This document shows positions 31,178 through 41,299 of a DNA stretch of 64,000 bases, one piece after another. The stretch comes from Desulfurococcaceae archaeon (GTDB taxonomy: Archaea; Thermoproteota; Thermoprotei_A; Sulfolobales; Desulfurococcaceae), in the NCBI GenBank assembly GCA_038888155.1, contig JAWAJB010000003.1, forward strand, positions 114,279 to 178,278, read 5' to 3'. Below the pieces are notes generated by a model. It had not been told where the DNA came from and ran no database searches. It saw nothing but the letters and a program-made list of their open reading frames with translations. Positions within the stretch are counted from its first letter, which is position 1. Each line of letters begins with the position of its first letter. Position numbers and translations under genes: made by a program.

Positions 31178-31882
31178 GTAAGCCCTCCTCAACAGCGGCT
31201 TCTCCTTAAGTAGGCGCTTAACTCCTTCCTCGAAGCTCTCCCCTGGGAGTAGGGCTAACTTGCCGAAAATGCCCGTTCTACCGGCCTCATCTCTTCTAGT
31301 CAGCACTTTAACTCTCTCCTTCACTACGCTCACGTCGACCCCAAGAACCCTAGCGGTGTAATCCTCGTAGCCTACAACAGGGGCCTCTAAGTGCCCTCCA
31401 GGAGTTGGGAGGATGAGCACAAGGCTCTTGTTAACCCCGGGGACGCGCTTACCACTTAAGAGCTCGTGCAGGGTTAAGAAACCGCCGAACTTGTAGAACT
31501 CCAGCTCATGAGGCTTGTAGTCTGCGAGCGGGAAGCTGACTGTTACTCGCTCTTCTTGGTCTAGCGCAATGTATGCCTTCAACGTAGTTGTGGGCGTAGC
31601 GGCTACTAGGTACTTAGCGTAGGGTTTAAAGCCAGCCCCCTCTAGCGCTAGCTCAACTGCGTATCCATTAACTCTCCTAGGTATAACTATATCGATATCG
31701 CTTTTAGCCCAGACGTCCCCTCTAGCTAAGCTCCCGTGGAGCCAGGCTTCAATGCCCTTCGTCGAGAAGGCCTCCACGACTCTAATCGCTGTTGACCTCA
31801 GCTCCTCTAAGAGCTTCCAGTGCTCCTCGCTGTAAATTACTTCCCTGAACTCGGGCTTGTACCTAACTTTGACCCTAGACAA
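31163..31882 (-). CDS. Nucleotidyltransferase domain protein (Pol beta superfamily)
   Basis: HGSLARGDV..SDIDI, EFYKFGG, RVPGVNK. Confidence 0.85.
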   Translation of the reverse strand: MSRVKVRYKPEFREVIYSEEHWKLLEELRSTAIRVVEAFSTKGIEAWLHGSLARGDVWAKSDIDIVIPRRVNGYAVELALEGAGFKPYAKYLVAATPTTTLKAYIALDQEERVTVSFPLADYKPHELEFYKFGGFLTLHELLSGKRVPGVNKSLVLILPTPGGHLEAPVVGYEDYTARVLGVDVSVVKERVKVLTRRDEAGRTGIFGKLALLPGESFEEGVKRLLKEKPLLRRAYSDLA

Positions 31883-31989
31883 GAGCTTCCCTTTAGTAAG
31901 GGATTTTAAAATGGCCTAAAATAACAGCTGAATAATTAAGGCGCTAGGTAAATTAACCGCAGAGAAGAATATTATATAGTGGTGTTTCA

Positions 31990-33063
31990 ATGGAGCCACG
32001 ACTATACGTAGCTACGCTGGCATCGCTTTGGCTTGTTATAAACATTGTATATAAGCTTTACCTGCAAAGAGCGAAGTTCAGAAACCTCAGCGTTGACTTA
32101 AAGTACTGGTTTCTGCTTATAATTAAGAGGCAGAGCTCGCCTGCTCCGTCGAGCAAGTACAGAGGTCCCTACATTGCGCTCAGCATACTCCTATACGCAG
32201 TAGCCTCTGCCCTCGCGTTCTATACCCTAATATACACGTTGTACTCGGGTCTGTTTATGCAAGTTCGAGGAACAGTTGTACTAGTACCTGGGCTGAACAT
32301 CACTGGCGAAGACCTCGTCTTCTTTCTACTTGCTGTAGGTATAGCTGTTTCTCTCCACGAGTACTTTCACGCTAAGCTGGCCTTGAAGGCAAATATACCA
32401 ATTAAGTCCTACGGATTTGCGCTCGCTTTAATATTCCCCGCAGCCTTTGTTGAAATAGATGAGAGCTCCTTTGAGAGAGCCGCTAAAGTCGCAAAGGTAG
32501 GGATCCTAGCCGCTGGAGTGTCAATAAACTTAGTTCTATTTGGTCTCTCAGCGCTCCTTTTGAACTCGATTGCATCCCCAGCTGGTTTAACAGTCGTAGA
32601 AGTCGAGGAGGGTGGCCTCGCTTGGGCTAGCGGAATAAAGCAGTACGACATTATATACAGCATTAACAACACAGAGGCCACTCTAACCTCCCTAAGGGAG
32701 TACTTAAGCATTAACAGGACAGTGACATTAGAGCTTGAAGTGTACAGGCCTGGAGTAGGGTTCCTCAGCATAACGCTAGTGAAGGTCGCAACTGTTAACA
32801 GGCTAGGGGTGTATATCTCGTTAGCTCCGCCTAGGCAGCTCGCTTCACTAGTGCATCCAGCGGGGTTCATCACACTGTTCAAGCTCACTTACTGGAACTA
32901 CGTAGTTAACTACAGCCTGGTGTTCCTCAACGCGCTACCGCTGTTCATAACTGACGGAGGCAGAGTTTTCAGAGAGGTCCTTGGCGATAAGCTAAGTAAA
33001 GCGGTAAACACGCTAGTGTTAATTGTGCTGGCGGTATCCCTACTTGTGAGCTTGAGGCTTTAA
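31990..33063 (+). CDS. Site-2 protease (M50) with PDZ domain
   Basis: HEYFH, AAFVE, NALPLFITDGG. Confidence 0.92.
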   Translation: MEPRLYVATLASLWLVINIVYKLYLQRAKFRNLSVDLKYWFLLIIKRQSSPAPSSKYRGPYIALSILLYAVASALAFYTLIYTLYSGLFMQVRGTVVLVPGLNITGEDLVFFLLAVGIAVSLHEYFHAKLALKANIPIKSYGFALALIFPAAFVEIDESSFERAAKVAKVGILAAGVSINLVLFGLSALLLNSIASPAGLTVVEVEEGGLAWASGIKQYDIIYSINNTEATLTSLREYLSINRTVTLELEVYRPGVGFLSITLVKVATVNRLGVYISLAPPRQLASLVHPAGFITLFKLTYWNYVVNYSLVFLNALPLFITDGGRVFREVLGDKLSKAVNTLVLIVLAVSLLVSLRL

Positions 33064-33075
33064 ATAGCCATAGGT

Positions 33076-33363
33076 GCCCGCGGGCGAGCTTTACGCGCCA
33101 AGTAGGGCAACCCGCTAGAGCCTTCTCACACCGGCTCCCACCGGTGACCCATGAACGCTGGTGTCCAGGGTTAGGTTGCTCCCTTCCGGGCCTGGCCAGG
33201 TTCCCCCAGCTAAGGTGGTTGACCCCCTCCCTCCAGAGGGAGCTCCACCTCCACCAGCCCCATGGGGCGGAGTTCACTGCCTGCATGTGAGGGATAGCGG
33301 GCGCCTCTACCTGACGCGTAATTGTCTGCCCTGGTAGTCCAGGGCCTACCCCTACCCGCGGGC
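33076..33363 (-). ncRNA. ffs: Archaeal signal recognition particle (7S) RNA
   Basis: GC-rich 288 nt with complementary ends GCCCGCGGG/CCCGCGGGC and helix-8 signature CCAGGCCCGGAAGGGAGCAAC on the minus strand. Confidence 0.93.
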
Positions 33364-33387
33364 TAATAAATAGTTTCTTTGAAGCTA

Positions 33388-33395
33388 TTTATAAA
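33388..33395 (-). promoter_or_regulatory. TATA box of SRP RNA
   Basis: TTTATAAA 25-32 nt upstream of the SRP RNA 5' end. Confidence 0.7.
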
Positions 33396-33420
33396 TCATC
33401 CTAGGAATTTAGAGTTTTAA

Positions 33421-34089
33421 TCACGGTTTAACTGGTCTTAGGCAACCGCTCTCCAGAAAGTATTCCTCATCTACATCGAAGTGCGTGCTTAAGTCTACTG
33501 TCGTTATCAATGCTACAGCTCTTTCCTTCTCAACGAAGCTCTCTATGTAGCTGTGGACTATTTTCATTGTATCGTCGTCCAGGCTAGAGTAGGGCTCATC
33601 AGCGACGATCAGCCTCGGCCTCTTAACTAGAGCTCTCGCTACAGCGACTCTCTGCCTCTGGCCCCCAGAGAGCTGGCTGGGGTAGGAGTTTTCAAGGCCG
33701 TGTAGCCCAAGCGCCTCAACTAACATCCTAACGGCCTCATTTCTCCTCTCCTTGTTCACCCCTATGATCTTTAACGGCAGCTCAATGTTTTCATAAACTG
33801 ACAGCTCTGGGAGCAACTTACAGTCCTGATCAACGTAGCCCAGCTCCCTCAGCCTTATTGAGGCAACCATGGACTCGCCGAGCTTCCACACATCCAGTCC
33901 GCGGTAAAATACCGTTCCTATGTGTGGTTTTATCAGCATAGACGCGACTTTTGCAAGAGTTGTCTTACCAACGCCGCTTTTACCGCGAACGAGGGTAACC
34001 GTGCCTTCAACTAGCTCTAAGTCAACGCCCCTGAGAACGAACTCGCCGCTGTACCTAAGCCACACGTTGGATAACTTAAGATAGGACAT
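33421..34089 (-). CDS. ABC transporter ATP-binding protein (LolD/MacB-like)
   Basis: GKSGVGKTT, LSGGQRQRVAVARAL, ADEP; H-loop reads ITTVD rather than VTHD. Confidence 0.9.
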   Translation of the reverse strand: MSYLKLSNVWLRYSGEFVLRGVDLELVEGTVTLVRGKSGVGKTTLAKVASMLIKPHIGTVFYRGLDVWKLGESMVASIRLRELGYVDQDCKLLPELSVYENIELPLKIIGVNKERRNEAVRMLVEALGLHGLENSYPSQLSGGQRQRVAVARALVKRPRLIVADEPYSSLDDDTMKIVHSYIESFVEKERAVALITTVDLSTHFDVDEEYFLESGCLRPVKP

Positions 34090-35557
34090 GCAGATAACCT
34101 GCGTTAAATACTACGCTCCTACAGTTAGGTAAGCTAGAGGGTAGCTTTATAAAGTCCACGGGAGATATTGGCACGCCATATATGTAGTTGCCCCTAGATA
34201 GAACAGCGAGTCCGCGTTGTCTGCACAAATCTACAGCCGTTAGCGGAGATATCTCAACAACTTCAGGCACCATGTAGGCGTACTTCGGGTCGCCAGAGAT
34301 AGGAGCATCAATCGCCTTTAACTTTACGAGATCTCCGAGAACTACGTCGTACTCTCCATACCTCCAGTAGAAGGTATAGGGATCCTCGCCGAGAGTTACC
34401 GTGGCAGTGCATCCCGCTGTAATTACTGCTAACAGTGTGAACACTGCTAAACTGGACCTAGAGTTGCTCTCGCCTAGGCTAATACTCATCAATATAAGGG
34501 CGAAGACGAGGTAGTTGGCAACCCTGTGGACAATCCCAACTGCTTCAACCGCATAGGACAAAATATATAGAAATATTGTCGCAATAGGCAGTAGAACACC
34601 CGCTCTCAGTCTACCTGCGGGCAGTTCAGCAGACTTGTAGGTAGCGGAGGAAATCAAAGGAACAATGTATAGGGCAAATGGAACAACGCTGATAGGCGCT
34701 GTAACAGTGTAGAGAAGCGATATAACTGCTGGGAGCGCGGCAAAGGCCATAAGTAAACTAGAGCCCAGCCTGCCGAGGAAAAGGTAGGCTAAGTACACAG
34801 CTACTGCGTATAAGCCGAGTGAGGACAGGTCGTAGGCCGACATCCTCAGGGGTAGCTTGGTTGTTGCAGTTGAATAGATCGCAAAGGCTGAAAATAGAAG
34901 CATGCAGCATACTAGATACCTGCTGCTCAATTCTAGGGGCTTTCTGGCTCTAATCTTCCACGCGAAGTCGGCGTAGGCAGCGCTGAAGAGCACAGCCGTG
35001 CACATAGCGCTTGCAAGGGGGTGGCTTAGTACTAAAGCCGTAGAAAGTATGGATAACGCCAGCCAGCCCCTCAACTTATTCTCACGAGATGCTGCAAGGT
35101 AGAGAATTAAGGGAATTAACGTATAGCCGTAGAACTCTTTGAGGTATGCAGATGTATAAATAGCGAACGAGGGCATTGAAGATATAGCTAGTGAAGCTAG
35201 TAAGCGGGATCCGCGGATACTCGCTAACCTACCTGCAAAGGTGTAAACTAGCACAAACATTGCTGAAGAGAGCATAGCTACGCCGATAAACATGAAAAAC
35301 CACTCTATAGGCACGCCAGTGACGATGGCGTACACAACGCACTCTAGTGTTGAGAGTGGATACTCAGCGTGGTGGCCGAAAGCTTCCGCTAGAGAGTATA
35401 TGCCTAAGTTAGGGTTTTCTAGGACGCGCCTCGCTAAATGTACAAGAGGCCATACGTCGTTTGAGAAGAAAGTGCCCGTGTAAATACTCGGCAGTAGCCT
35501 AATTAAAGCAGTAAAGAGGAGAATTGCCACAATAGGAACCAATCCGCTAAACTTCAA
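34076..35557 (-). CDS. Polytopic membrane protein, GT-C-like architecture
   Basis: About 12 TM; first external loop FFSNDVW...EYPL; short soluble C-terminal domain. Confidence 0.55.
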   Translation of the reverse strand: MKFSGLVPIVAILLFTALIRLLPSIYTGTFFSNDVWPLVHLARRVLENPNLGIYSLAEAFGHHAEYPLSTLECVVYAIVTGVPIEWFFMFIGVAMLSSAMFVLVYTFAGRLASIRGSRLLASLAISSMPSFAIYTSAYLKEFYGYTLIPLILYLAASRENKLRGWLALSILSTALVLSHPLASAMCTAVLFSAAYADFAWKIRARKPLELSSRYLVCCMLLFSAFAIYSTATTKLPLRMSAYDLSSLGLYAVAVYLAYLFLGRLGSSLLMAFAALPAVISLLYTVTAPISVVPFALYIVPLISSATYKSAELPAGRLRAGVLLPIATIFLYILSYAVEAVGIVHRVANYLVFALILMSISLGESNSRSSLAVFTLLAVITAGCTATVTLGEDPYTFYWRYGEYDVVLGDLVKLKAIDAPISGDPKYAYMVPEVVEISPLTAVDLCRQRGLAVLSRGNYIYGVPISPVDFIKLPSSLPNCRSVVFNAGYLHVLS

Positions 35558-36641
35558 GGGCTCTTACCCCTCGAACGGCTCCTACTGCACATAGAGTGTA
35601 GTTGGCTACGGCTGTGTAGACAACGCTCTGGATGCCTATTTCTAAGGGTATAGAGTAGTCCAAGAAAATTAGCGGCGGCATTAAATTTAGGCTGTACACT
35701 GCCAGGGACAGCACTACAGAGATGAGTGTTAATACAGCTGTAAAAGAAAGCAGCACAAATACAAGGGCCCTCCTCGAAGCTCCTAGGGCTACAAATAGCT
35801 TCAACTCTCCGCGAAGGGCCTCCGCTATCCCTAACCCCAGTACAGGCAGGCCTAGAAGTGCTACTACAGATATTGAGTAGGCTGCGTAAATTATGTAATC
35901 CCTGTAGATCCCTAGCTTAAGGAAGTAAATCTCCGTTGGGCTTTCAGCGCCTCTTAGCTCAAAGATATCTCCTCTGCGAATTGCTACAAGGAAGGCCCTC
36001 CTAATTAGCCCCTCTAAATGTTGCTCGGCTTCAAGCCCTAAAGCCCTATAAACTTCATTTAAAGCGGTATTATCGTAGATGTACGCTACGGCAAAGCTGT
36101 AGTAACCTGGCTTAACGCCTCGAAGCCTAGCTATAGTAGAGTAGCTAACGCCGAGACCCGGTTTATCACCAATGCCGCACACTCTAAGGATTAAGACCTC
36201 ACCGGTAAAAAGTGATTGAATAGGCAGGAAGCTACCCACAGCTGGGCCAACTCTACTTAGCACGCTTGTACTTGGGTAGAGGCATGTATCGTTGGCGATA
36301 GGCGTCTCGTAAAGCACAGTTGGTTCGCCGCCTAGAAGCCCAACAGTTATGAAGATTGGCTGTATCTCTACTTTGTCAACGGCGCTTAACTTTCCCTTGA
36401 TGTACTCAAAGTTTATTAACGATGTAAAAGGAGAAATAGCATCGCTAGATATAATGATAGTAGAGGTAGCAGCGGCGTCTCGAGGGTAGAATACATCGTA
36501 CACTCTAGACAGAGAGCTTACGTAGCCAATCGCGTAGAGCGACAGCGTTGATAAAGCTGTAGAGACGAGAAGGGCGAGCACAAATAGGCTGACCTTTTTA
36601 CTGAGAAGATATATTAGGATTGCCCTAAAGCAGCTTAACAC
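35547..36641 (-). CDS. FtsX/LolE-like ABC permease
   Basis: TM-soluble domain-3 TM layout; ELKLFVALGASRR motif. Confidence 0.65.
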   Translation of the reverse strand: MLSCFRAILIYLLSKKVSLFVLALLVSTALSTLSLYAIGYVSSLSRVYDVFYPRDAAATSTIIISSDAISPFTSLINFEYIKGKLSAVDKVEIQPIFITVGLLGGEPTVLYETPIANDTCLYPSTSVLSRVGPAVGSFLPIQSLFTGEVLILRVCGIGDKPGLGVSYSTIARLRGVKPGYYSFAVAYIYDNTALNEVYRALGLEAEQHLEGLIRRAFLVAIRRGDIFELRGAESPTEIYFLKLGIYRDYIIYAAYSISVVALLGLPVLGLGIAEALRGELKLFVALGASRRALVFVLLSFTAVLTLISVVLSLAVYSLNLMPPLIFLDYSIPLEIGIQSVVYTAVANYTLCAVGAVRGVRALEV

Positions 36642-37554
36642 CTCTAACCTCCCTCAAACTTATTACAATAGACACCAAAAGTGAGATACAAAGTACTTCA
36701 ATCACCGCGAAAGCAATTGAGGTTTGTAGCAGTAGTGGTAGAGCAGGCCAATATAGGCTTATCAGCTTGTGTAGAGCGTTGAGAGCCACTGCACTTAGTG
36801 AGAGGAGGAAGACTGCTATCAATGAAGATACAGTGAAGGAAGCAACAGTGAATCCTAGGGCAAGCTTTCCTCTACTGACGCCTAGATTAATCAAGGCAGT
36901 AAATTCCTCGCTGAGTATTCGCTGAACTCTCATTACAGCTAAGTAGGCCATTGGAATGTAGGCGAGGAATAAAGTGTTTAGCCAAGCCGTAGATGTCTCC
37001 CTAAGGCTTTCCTCTACGTATGCCAAAGCTCGCTTAAAAACGTCAGCCTGAGTTGCACTACAGAGCTTGACTCTACTTTCAACAGACATAAAGCCTACCT
37101 GTATAACGGCGTAAATGCCCTCGTGAACGTGTGAAACGCACTTCTCTACGTCCCCAATAACAACGTACTCGCCGCGGTGCTTTTCGTACACATCAGCTGG
37201 AATAGATATGAAATCGCAGTTTTCAGCAACTGCCTTAAAATCGACAAGGCCACTTCGTAGAAAATCCTCAGGGGTTGCAACTAGGGGCAGCTCAACGCTA
37301 CCTATACGGGCAATGCCTGCTATTTGCAAATCAAAGCAGCTATCGCGCCCATTAAAAACAACTAGCTTTATGCACTCCACGCTGCTTTGTTGCGGAACTG
37401 TATCTACAAATACAGTTAGGCTTGGGACAGAGAGCAGAACTGCCGACAGCAATAAGGGGGGCGCAAAAGCGGCAATTAAGACTTTATATGCGCCTTTCCT
37501 AAAGATAGATAGAAGAATTGCAGAGATAATCCCTCTCAATTTCACACTCAGCAA
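36625..37554 (-). CDS. FtsX/LolE-like ABC permease
   Basis: Same layout; EFTALINLGVSR motif. Confidence 0.6.
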   Translation of the reverse strand: MLSVKLRGIISAILLSIFRKGAYKVLIAAFAPPLLLSAVLLSVPSLTVFVDTVPQQSSVECIKLVVFNGRDSCFDLQIAGIARIGSVELPLVATPEDFLRSGLVDFKAVAENCDFISIPADVYEKHRGEYVVIGDVEKCVSHVHEGIYAVIQVGFMSVESRVKLCSATQADVFKRALAYVEESLRETSTAWLNTLFLAYIPMAYLAVMRVQRILSEEFTALINLGVSRGKLALGFTVASFTVSSLIAVFLLSLSAVALNALHKLISLYWPALPLLLQTSIAFAVIEVLCISLLVSIVISLREVRGVKLL

Positions 37555-37583
37555 ACCCCCACAGTAAACATGTTAGGCAAAAG

Positions 37584-38501
37584 CTACGCGCTAGATCTAT
37601 TAATTAGCTCTTTTATTAAACGCCTTATCCTCAGCTCCATTCGCTTGAGATACATTGATAGAATCGCCAGCATGAACGCCTGAAGTCCCGCTATAGTTAA
37701 GAACACAGCCACTAAGCCCTTAACGTAGTAGTTTATCCCAGTAAAAAAGTAGTGGTAGGCTACATATCCCCCTATTATGAGCCCGGGAATAACTATTGTG
37801 CTGGCACACATTAGCAACATCGTGACCGGGCTATACCTCCACGCTAGCCTTACGATATCTATTGCTATCTGAAGCCCACTAAAAGCGGTAAGCTTCTTTC
37901 TACCAAGCCTTTTCCTGTACTCAATTCCGTACTCGTAGTAAGGTATTCCCTCCCCTACTACGTGGGCAACTAACTCTACCTCAATGCTAAAGTTCTTTGT
38001 CTCGAACAGCATGTCCCTGAACTCATCAATGTTGAGCAGGTACATGCCAGTACAAACGTCATATAAGTTGCCGCCAATTAAGACGTTGAATAAGTTGGTT
38101 AGAAGCCAATTACCAAGCCTATTCAAAATAGGTATGTTCTCCCTTCCGTACACCCTCTTGCCTGAAACGAATGAGATGCCCCTCTCTTTAGCTTCTTTAA
38201 GCAAAGTAGGTATGAACTTAGCTGGGTAAGTGTAGTCGCCGTCCATAACCAGTACGTACTTTGTTGAAACACGCCTCAGCCCGGTTCTAATAGCATCGCT
38301 TTTGCCGTTGCCCTCTTGCTCAACCAGCACTACCCCTCTGCTCTTCACAATCTCAGCTGTCCCATCAGTGCTGTGCCCATCAACAACGATAACCCTCTCC
38401 CTAGGAACACCTACCGATAAAACCTCATCTAAAACCCTCCCAATTGCCTCCTCTTCGTTTTTTACAGGAATAAGCACTGTAATGTCTTCTAGGTAACTCA
38501 T
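37584..38501 (-). CDS. GT2 polyprenol-phosphate glycosyltransferase (DPM1/GtrB-like) with 2 C-terminal TM
   Basis: IPVKNEE, VDGHSTDGT, MDGDYTYP, YRKRLG.KKL. Confidence 0.9.
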   Translation of the reverse strand: MSYLEDITVLIPVKNEEEAIGRVLDEVLSVGVPRERVIVVDGHSTDGTAEIVKSRGVVLVEQEGNGKSDAIRTGLRRVSTKYVLVMDGDYTYPAKFIPTLLKEAKERGISFVSGKRVYGRENIPILNRLGNWLLTNLFNVLIGGNLYDVCTGMYLLNIDEFRDMLFETKNFSIEVELVAHVVGEGIPYYEYGIEYRKRLGRKKLTAFSGLQIAIDIVRLAWRYSPVTMLLMCASTIVIPGLIIGGYVAYHYFFTGINYYVKGLVAVFLTIAGLQAFMLAILSMYLKRMELRIRRLIKELINRSSA

Positions 38502-38711
38502 TTCAGCCCCTCTGACATTAATTTAGTAGCTCGCAGAATTAAAAAATCTATTTACATCCATGCAGGGGAGCGTTGAAAAGGCCGTCCTACACTTGCTGAG
38601 CGAGCGCATTGGCGCTTATAACAATTAGGTCTCTATAAGCAATTAATAGAGACTTTAAGTACACGAAGTCCAAGTTTGAAGTCTTCACCCTGTGTTCATT
38701 GGTGTTGTCAA

Positions 38712-40352
38712 TTGGCATCCAGAGTGGACTACGAGAAAGGCATAGTTGCAGGGTATTTGGCAATTATATCTATTGTAGCTTTAATGGCCCAAGGTACTTA
38801 CAGAGAGTACATTGAGTCCGCCCTCAGGCTTATGTTCTCTGAAGACTACAGCTACTTGCTAGTTGTACTTACACTAGTTATTTACGCTATTTACTCCTAT
38901 ATAAAGCGCGCAGGCTTTACAAGTGAAATACAGCTTAGTAGACTGCTTGTATCTCTTCTCTTAGCTGTAAGCTCTATTGCACTGTACTACGCCTCTAAGT
39001 TAACAGTAGAGCTCTCTCTACACGTGCTTGGATTAAGCTTCGCCGCTGCAGTTGTATCTGTATTGATTATACTATTCAAACCAGCAAATATTGGAGAAGC
39101 CACTTTATTTTTAACCCCCCTTCTCACTGCGCCCATTCCAGCTAATGTCGTAGACGCAATTACGATAGGGCTCTCTAAATTTCTAGGCGCGCTAGTAGCT
39201 ACCTCTACAGGCGCTAGACTTATAAGCACTGACGATCTCTCCCTAATTGAGGTCGAGACAAGCCAGGGCGCTATCACAGTTAGCGTTGAGGCAACATGTA
39301 GCGGAATCCCGTTGCTTAGCGCAGTAGTGGCGACTATTGCGATATTACCGCACTACCTTGCTTCAACCCGCGAGAACGCGCTCAAGAAGCTTAGGACATC
39401 GCTAGTAGCCCTGTTGATTAGCCTCTCTATAGGACTCGTTGGAAGCTATGCGAGGGGGGCGCTCATTGTATTAGTTGCGAGATGTTGCGGTGTAGACGCT
39501 GCAATTGCCTCCCTCTGCTACATGCCCTCAGCAATTTACGCGGCACTCTCAGCTTCTCTAGCCTATGCCTTGATCAAAAGATCAGCTGGAGTGAACTCAG
39601 CGCAGGCAAGTACAAGCAGAAAATTCTTGAATTTCGAGTACATGACCTTGACGGTAGCAATAGCAGTAGCAGTTATGATGCTAATACAGGGCTTGACTTT
39701 TATAGGGGCAGGCAACAGCTACATGCGTAGTAGTATTGCAGTTGGAGCAAATGCCTTTAGTGAAGTGCTAAAAAACCCAATCGCGCATTTTTTTAGCAAC
39801 AAGGCAGAAGTTATAGACTCAGCGCACGATGTCCTTCTAACTAGGGCCATGGGGGCTATATCCCTTTACAGAGTGAGCGCTACAGTTAACAGCACGCAGT
39901 ATCTTGGATTTGTAGAGTTAGTGGATACTCCTGCAAGATTGCACACACTGCAGCTGTGTTTAAGGCTTCAGGGCTTCAGCGTGATAACATCTTGGGGAGA
40001 GCTTTACAAGTCCCTTCAACTGGGGTACATTATCGTGGAGAAAGAAAACACCAAGTACATTCTACTATATACCTTGCTTCCCGTTGAATTTCAAGCCCCA
40101 GGAGAAAGCCAGGCGCTCTACGCAAGGATTTCAATATTCAAGCCGTACAGAGGCGTTCAAGACTTAGAGTCTGTTAGAGCAGACTTACTGGAAGCGATAA
40201 GCATTAAAATCAGCCATGAGGCTGTAAGCCCGTGGAGCAACACTATAGGCGCCTTCAGCTTATCTATTGTAGCTTTATTTATTTCGCTTGTACTGTATTC
40301 TCTCATGGTTTACGCATACAGGTATATTCACCTAAAGGGGGCTAGACCTTGA
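38712..40352 (+). CDS. Exosortase/archaeosortase family protein fused to an EpsI-like domain
   Basis: Multi-TM N half with VSVEATCSG and YARG motifs; soluble domain with LHTLQLCLRLQGF (EpsI H....C...QG); C-terminal TM. Likely TTG 38712 after GGTG (track start 38676). Confidence 0.78.
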   Translation: MASRVDYEKGIVAGYLAIISIVALMAQGTYREYIESALRLMFSEDYSYLLVVLTLVIYAIYSYIKRAGFTSEIQLSRLLVSLLLAVSSIALYYASKLTVELSLHVLGLSFAAAVVSVLIILFKPANIGEATLFLTPLLTAPIPANVVDAITIGLSKFLGALVATSTGARLISTDDLSLIEVETSQGAITVSVEATCSGIPLLSAVVATIAILPHYLASTRENALKKLRTSLVALLISLSIGLVGSYARGALIVLVARCCGVDAAIASLCYMPSAIYAALSASLAYALIKRSAGVNSAQASTSRKFLNFEYMTLTVAIAVAVMMLIQGLTFIGAGNSYMRSSIAVGANAFSEVLKNPIAHFFSNKAEVIDSAHDVLLTRAMGAISLYRVSATVNSTQYLGFVELVDTPARLHTLQLCLRLQGFSVITSWGELYKSLQLGYIIVEKENTKYILLYTLLPVEFQAPGESQALYARISIFKPYRGVQDLESVRADLLEAISIKISHEAVSPWSNTIGAFSLSIVALFISLVLYSLMVYAYRYIHLKGARP

Positions 40353-41299
40353 GCGCGTTTGACTTCGACAAGATAAGGGAAACGCTTAGAGAAGTTGTCA
40401 GCGCTATTTCAAAAGTACACGTTGGCAAACAGGATATAGTAAAGTACGCAGTCGCAACCCTCCTTGCGGGTGGACATCTACTAATTGAGGGCTACCCTGG
40501 AACTGGGAAAACACTGTTAGCTAAGGCGCTCGCCAAAGCAATAAGCGGTGAGTATCGGAGGGTGCAAGGCCACCCAGATATACTACCCAGCGACATTATT
40601 GGTTTCCATATGTATAGGCCTGGCGGCGAAAGGATATTTATAAAAGGACCAATATTTACTAACATACTGCTTTTCGACGAGTTGAACAGGACTCCAACGA
40701 GAACTCAGGCTTCACTGCTAGAGGCCTTGCAGGAATACCAAGTAACAGTGGATGGGATATCATACCCAATCTCGAGGCCGTTCATGCTTATTGCCACCCA
40801 AGTCGCAGAGAAGCACGCTGTAGGCTCGTATAAAGTTATGGAGACCTTGGCCGATAGGTTTACACTGAAGCTCTCCAGCTACTACAACCCTCCCGAAGAG
40901 GAAGCTGAAATAGTCGCCAAGGCCGATGCAATCTCATCTCTCCCAATAGAGCCCGTGATAAGTCTTGAGGACCTCAAAGCCATTTATGAATCTCTGCCAA
41001 GTGTCGTTGAGGTAAGCCCCCATGTAATCGATTATATTGTCAGACTAGTAAACTATGTTAGGTCGCACCCCTCAGTTGCCTACGGGCCATCGCATCGCGC
41101 CACAATAGATATTGCAAGGCTCTCAAGGCCGCTAGCCCTTCTCGATGGGCGAGATTACGTAATACCGGATGACGTGAAGTCTATCTTTGTAGGCACAGTT
41201 GCACATAGAGTAAAGTTAAAAGAGGAGCACGAGCTTGAGGGGTTAACCGCAGAACCAATTATGCTGGAGGCACTGAATAATGTCCCAACTCCAAAGTAG
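40349..41299 (+). CDS. MoxR family AAA+ ATPase
   Basis: EGYPGTGKT, PDILPSDIIG, DELNR..RTQASLLEALQE, DRF, GRDYVIPDDVK. Confidence 0.95.
   Translation: MSAFDFDKIRETLREVVSAISKVHVGKQDIVKYAVATLLAGGHLLIEGYPGTGKTLLAKALAKAISGEYRRVQGHPDILPSDIIGFHMYRPGGERIFIKGPIFTNILLFDELNRTPTRTQASLLEALQEYQVTVDGISYPISRPFMLIATQVAEKHAVGSYKVMETLADRFTLKLSSYYNPPEEEAEIVAKADAISSLPIEPVISLEDLKAIYESLPSVVEVSPHVIDYIVRLVNYVRSHPSVAYGPSHRATIDIARLSRPLALLDGRDYVIPDDVKSIFVGTVAHRVKLKEEHELEGLTAEPIMLEALNNVPTPK

Noticed and set aside
32969-33286. 105-aa ORF
   Set aside because: Overlaps the SRP RNA; a shadow ORF of GC-rich RNA
33076-33363. RNase P RNA
   Set aside because: Lacks the GAGGAAAGTCC-type P4 signature and has the SRP helix-8 motif instead
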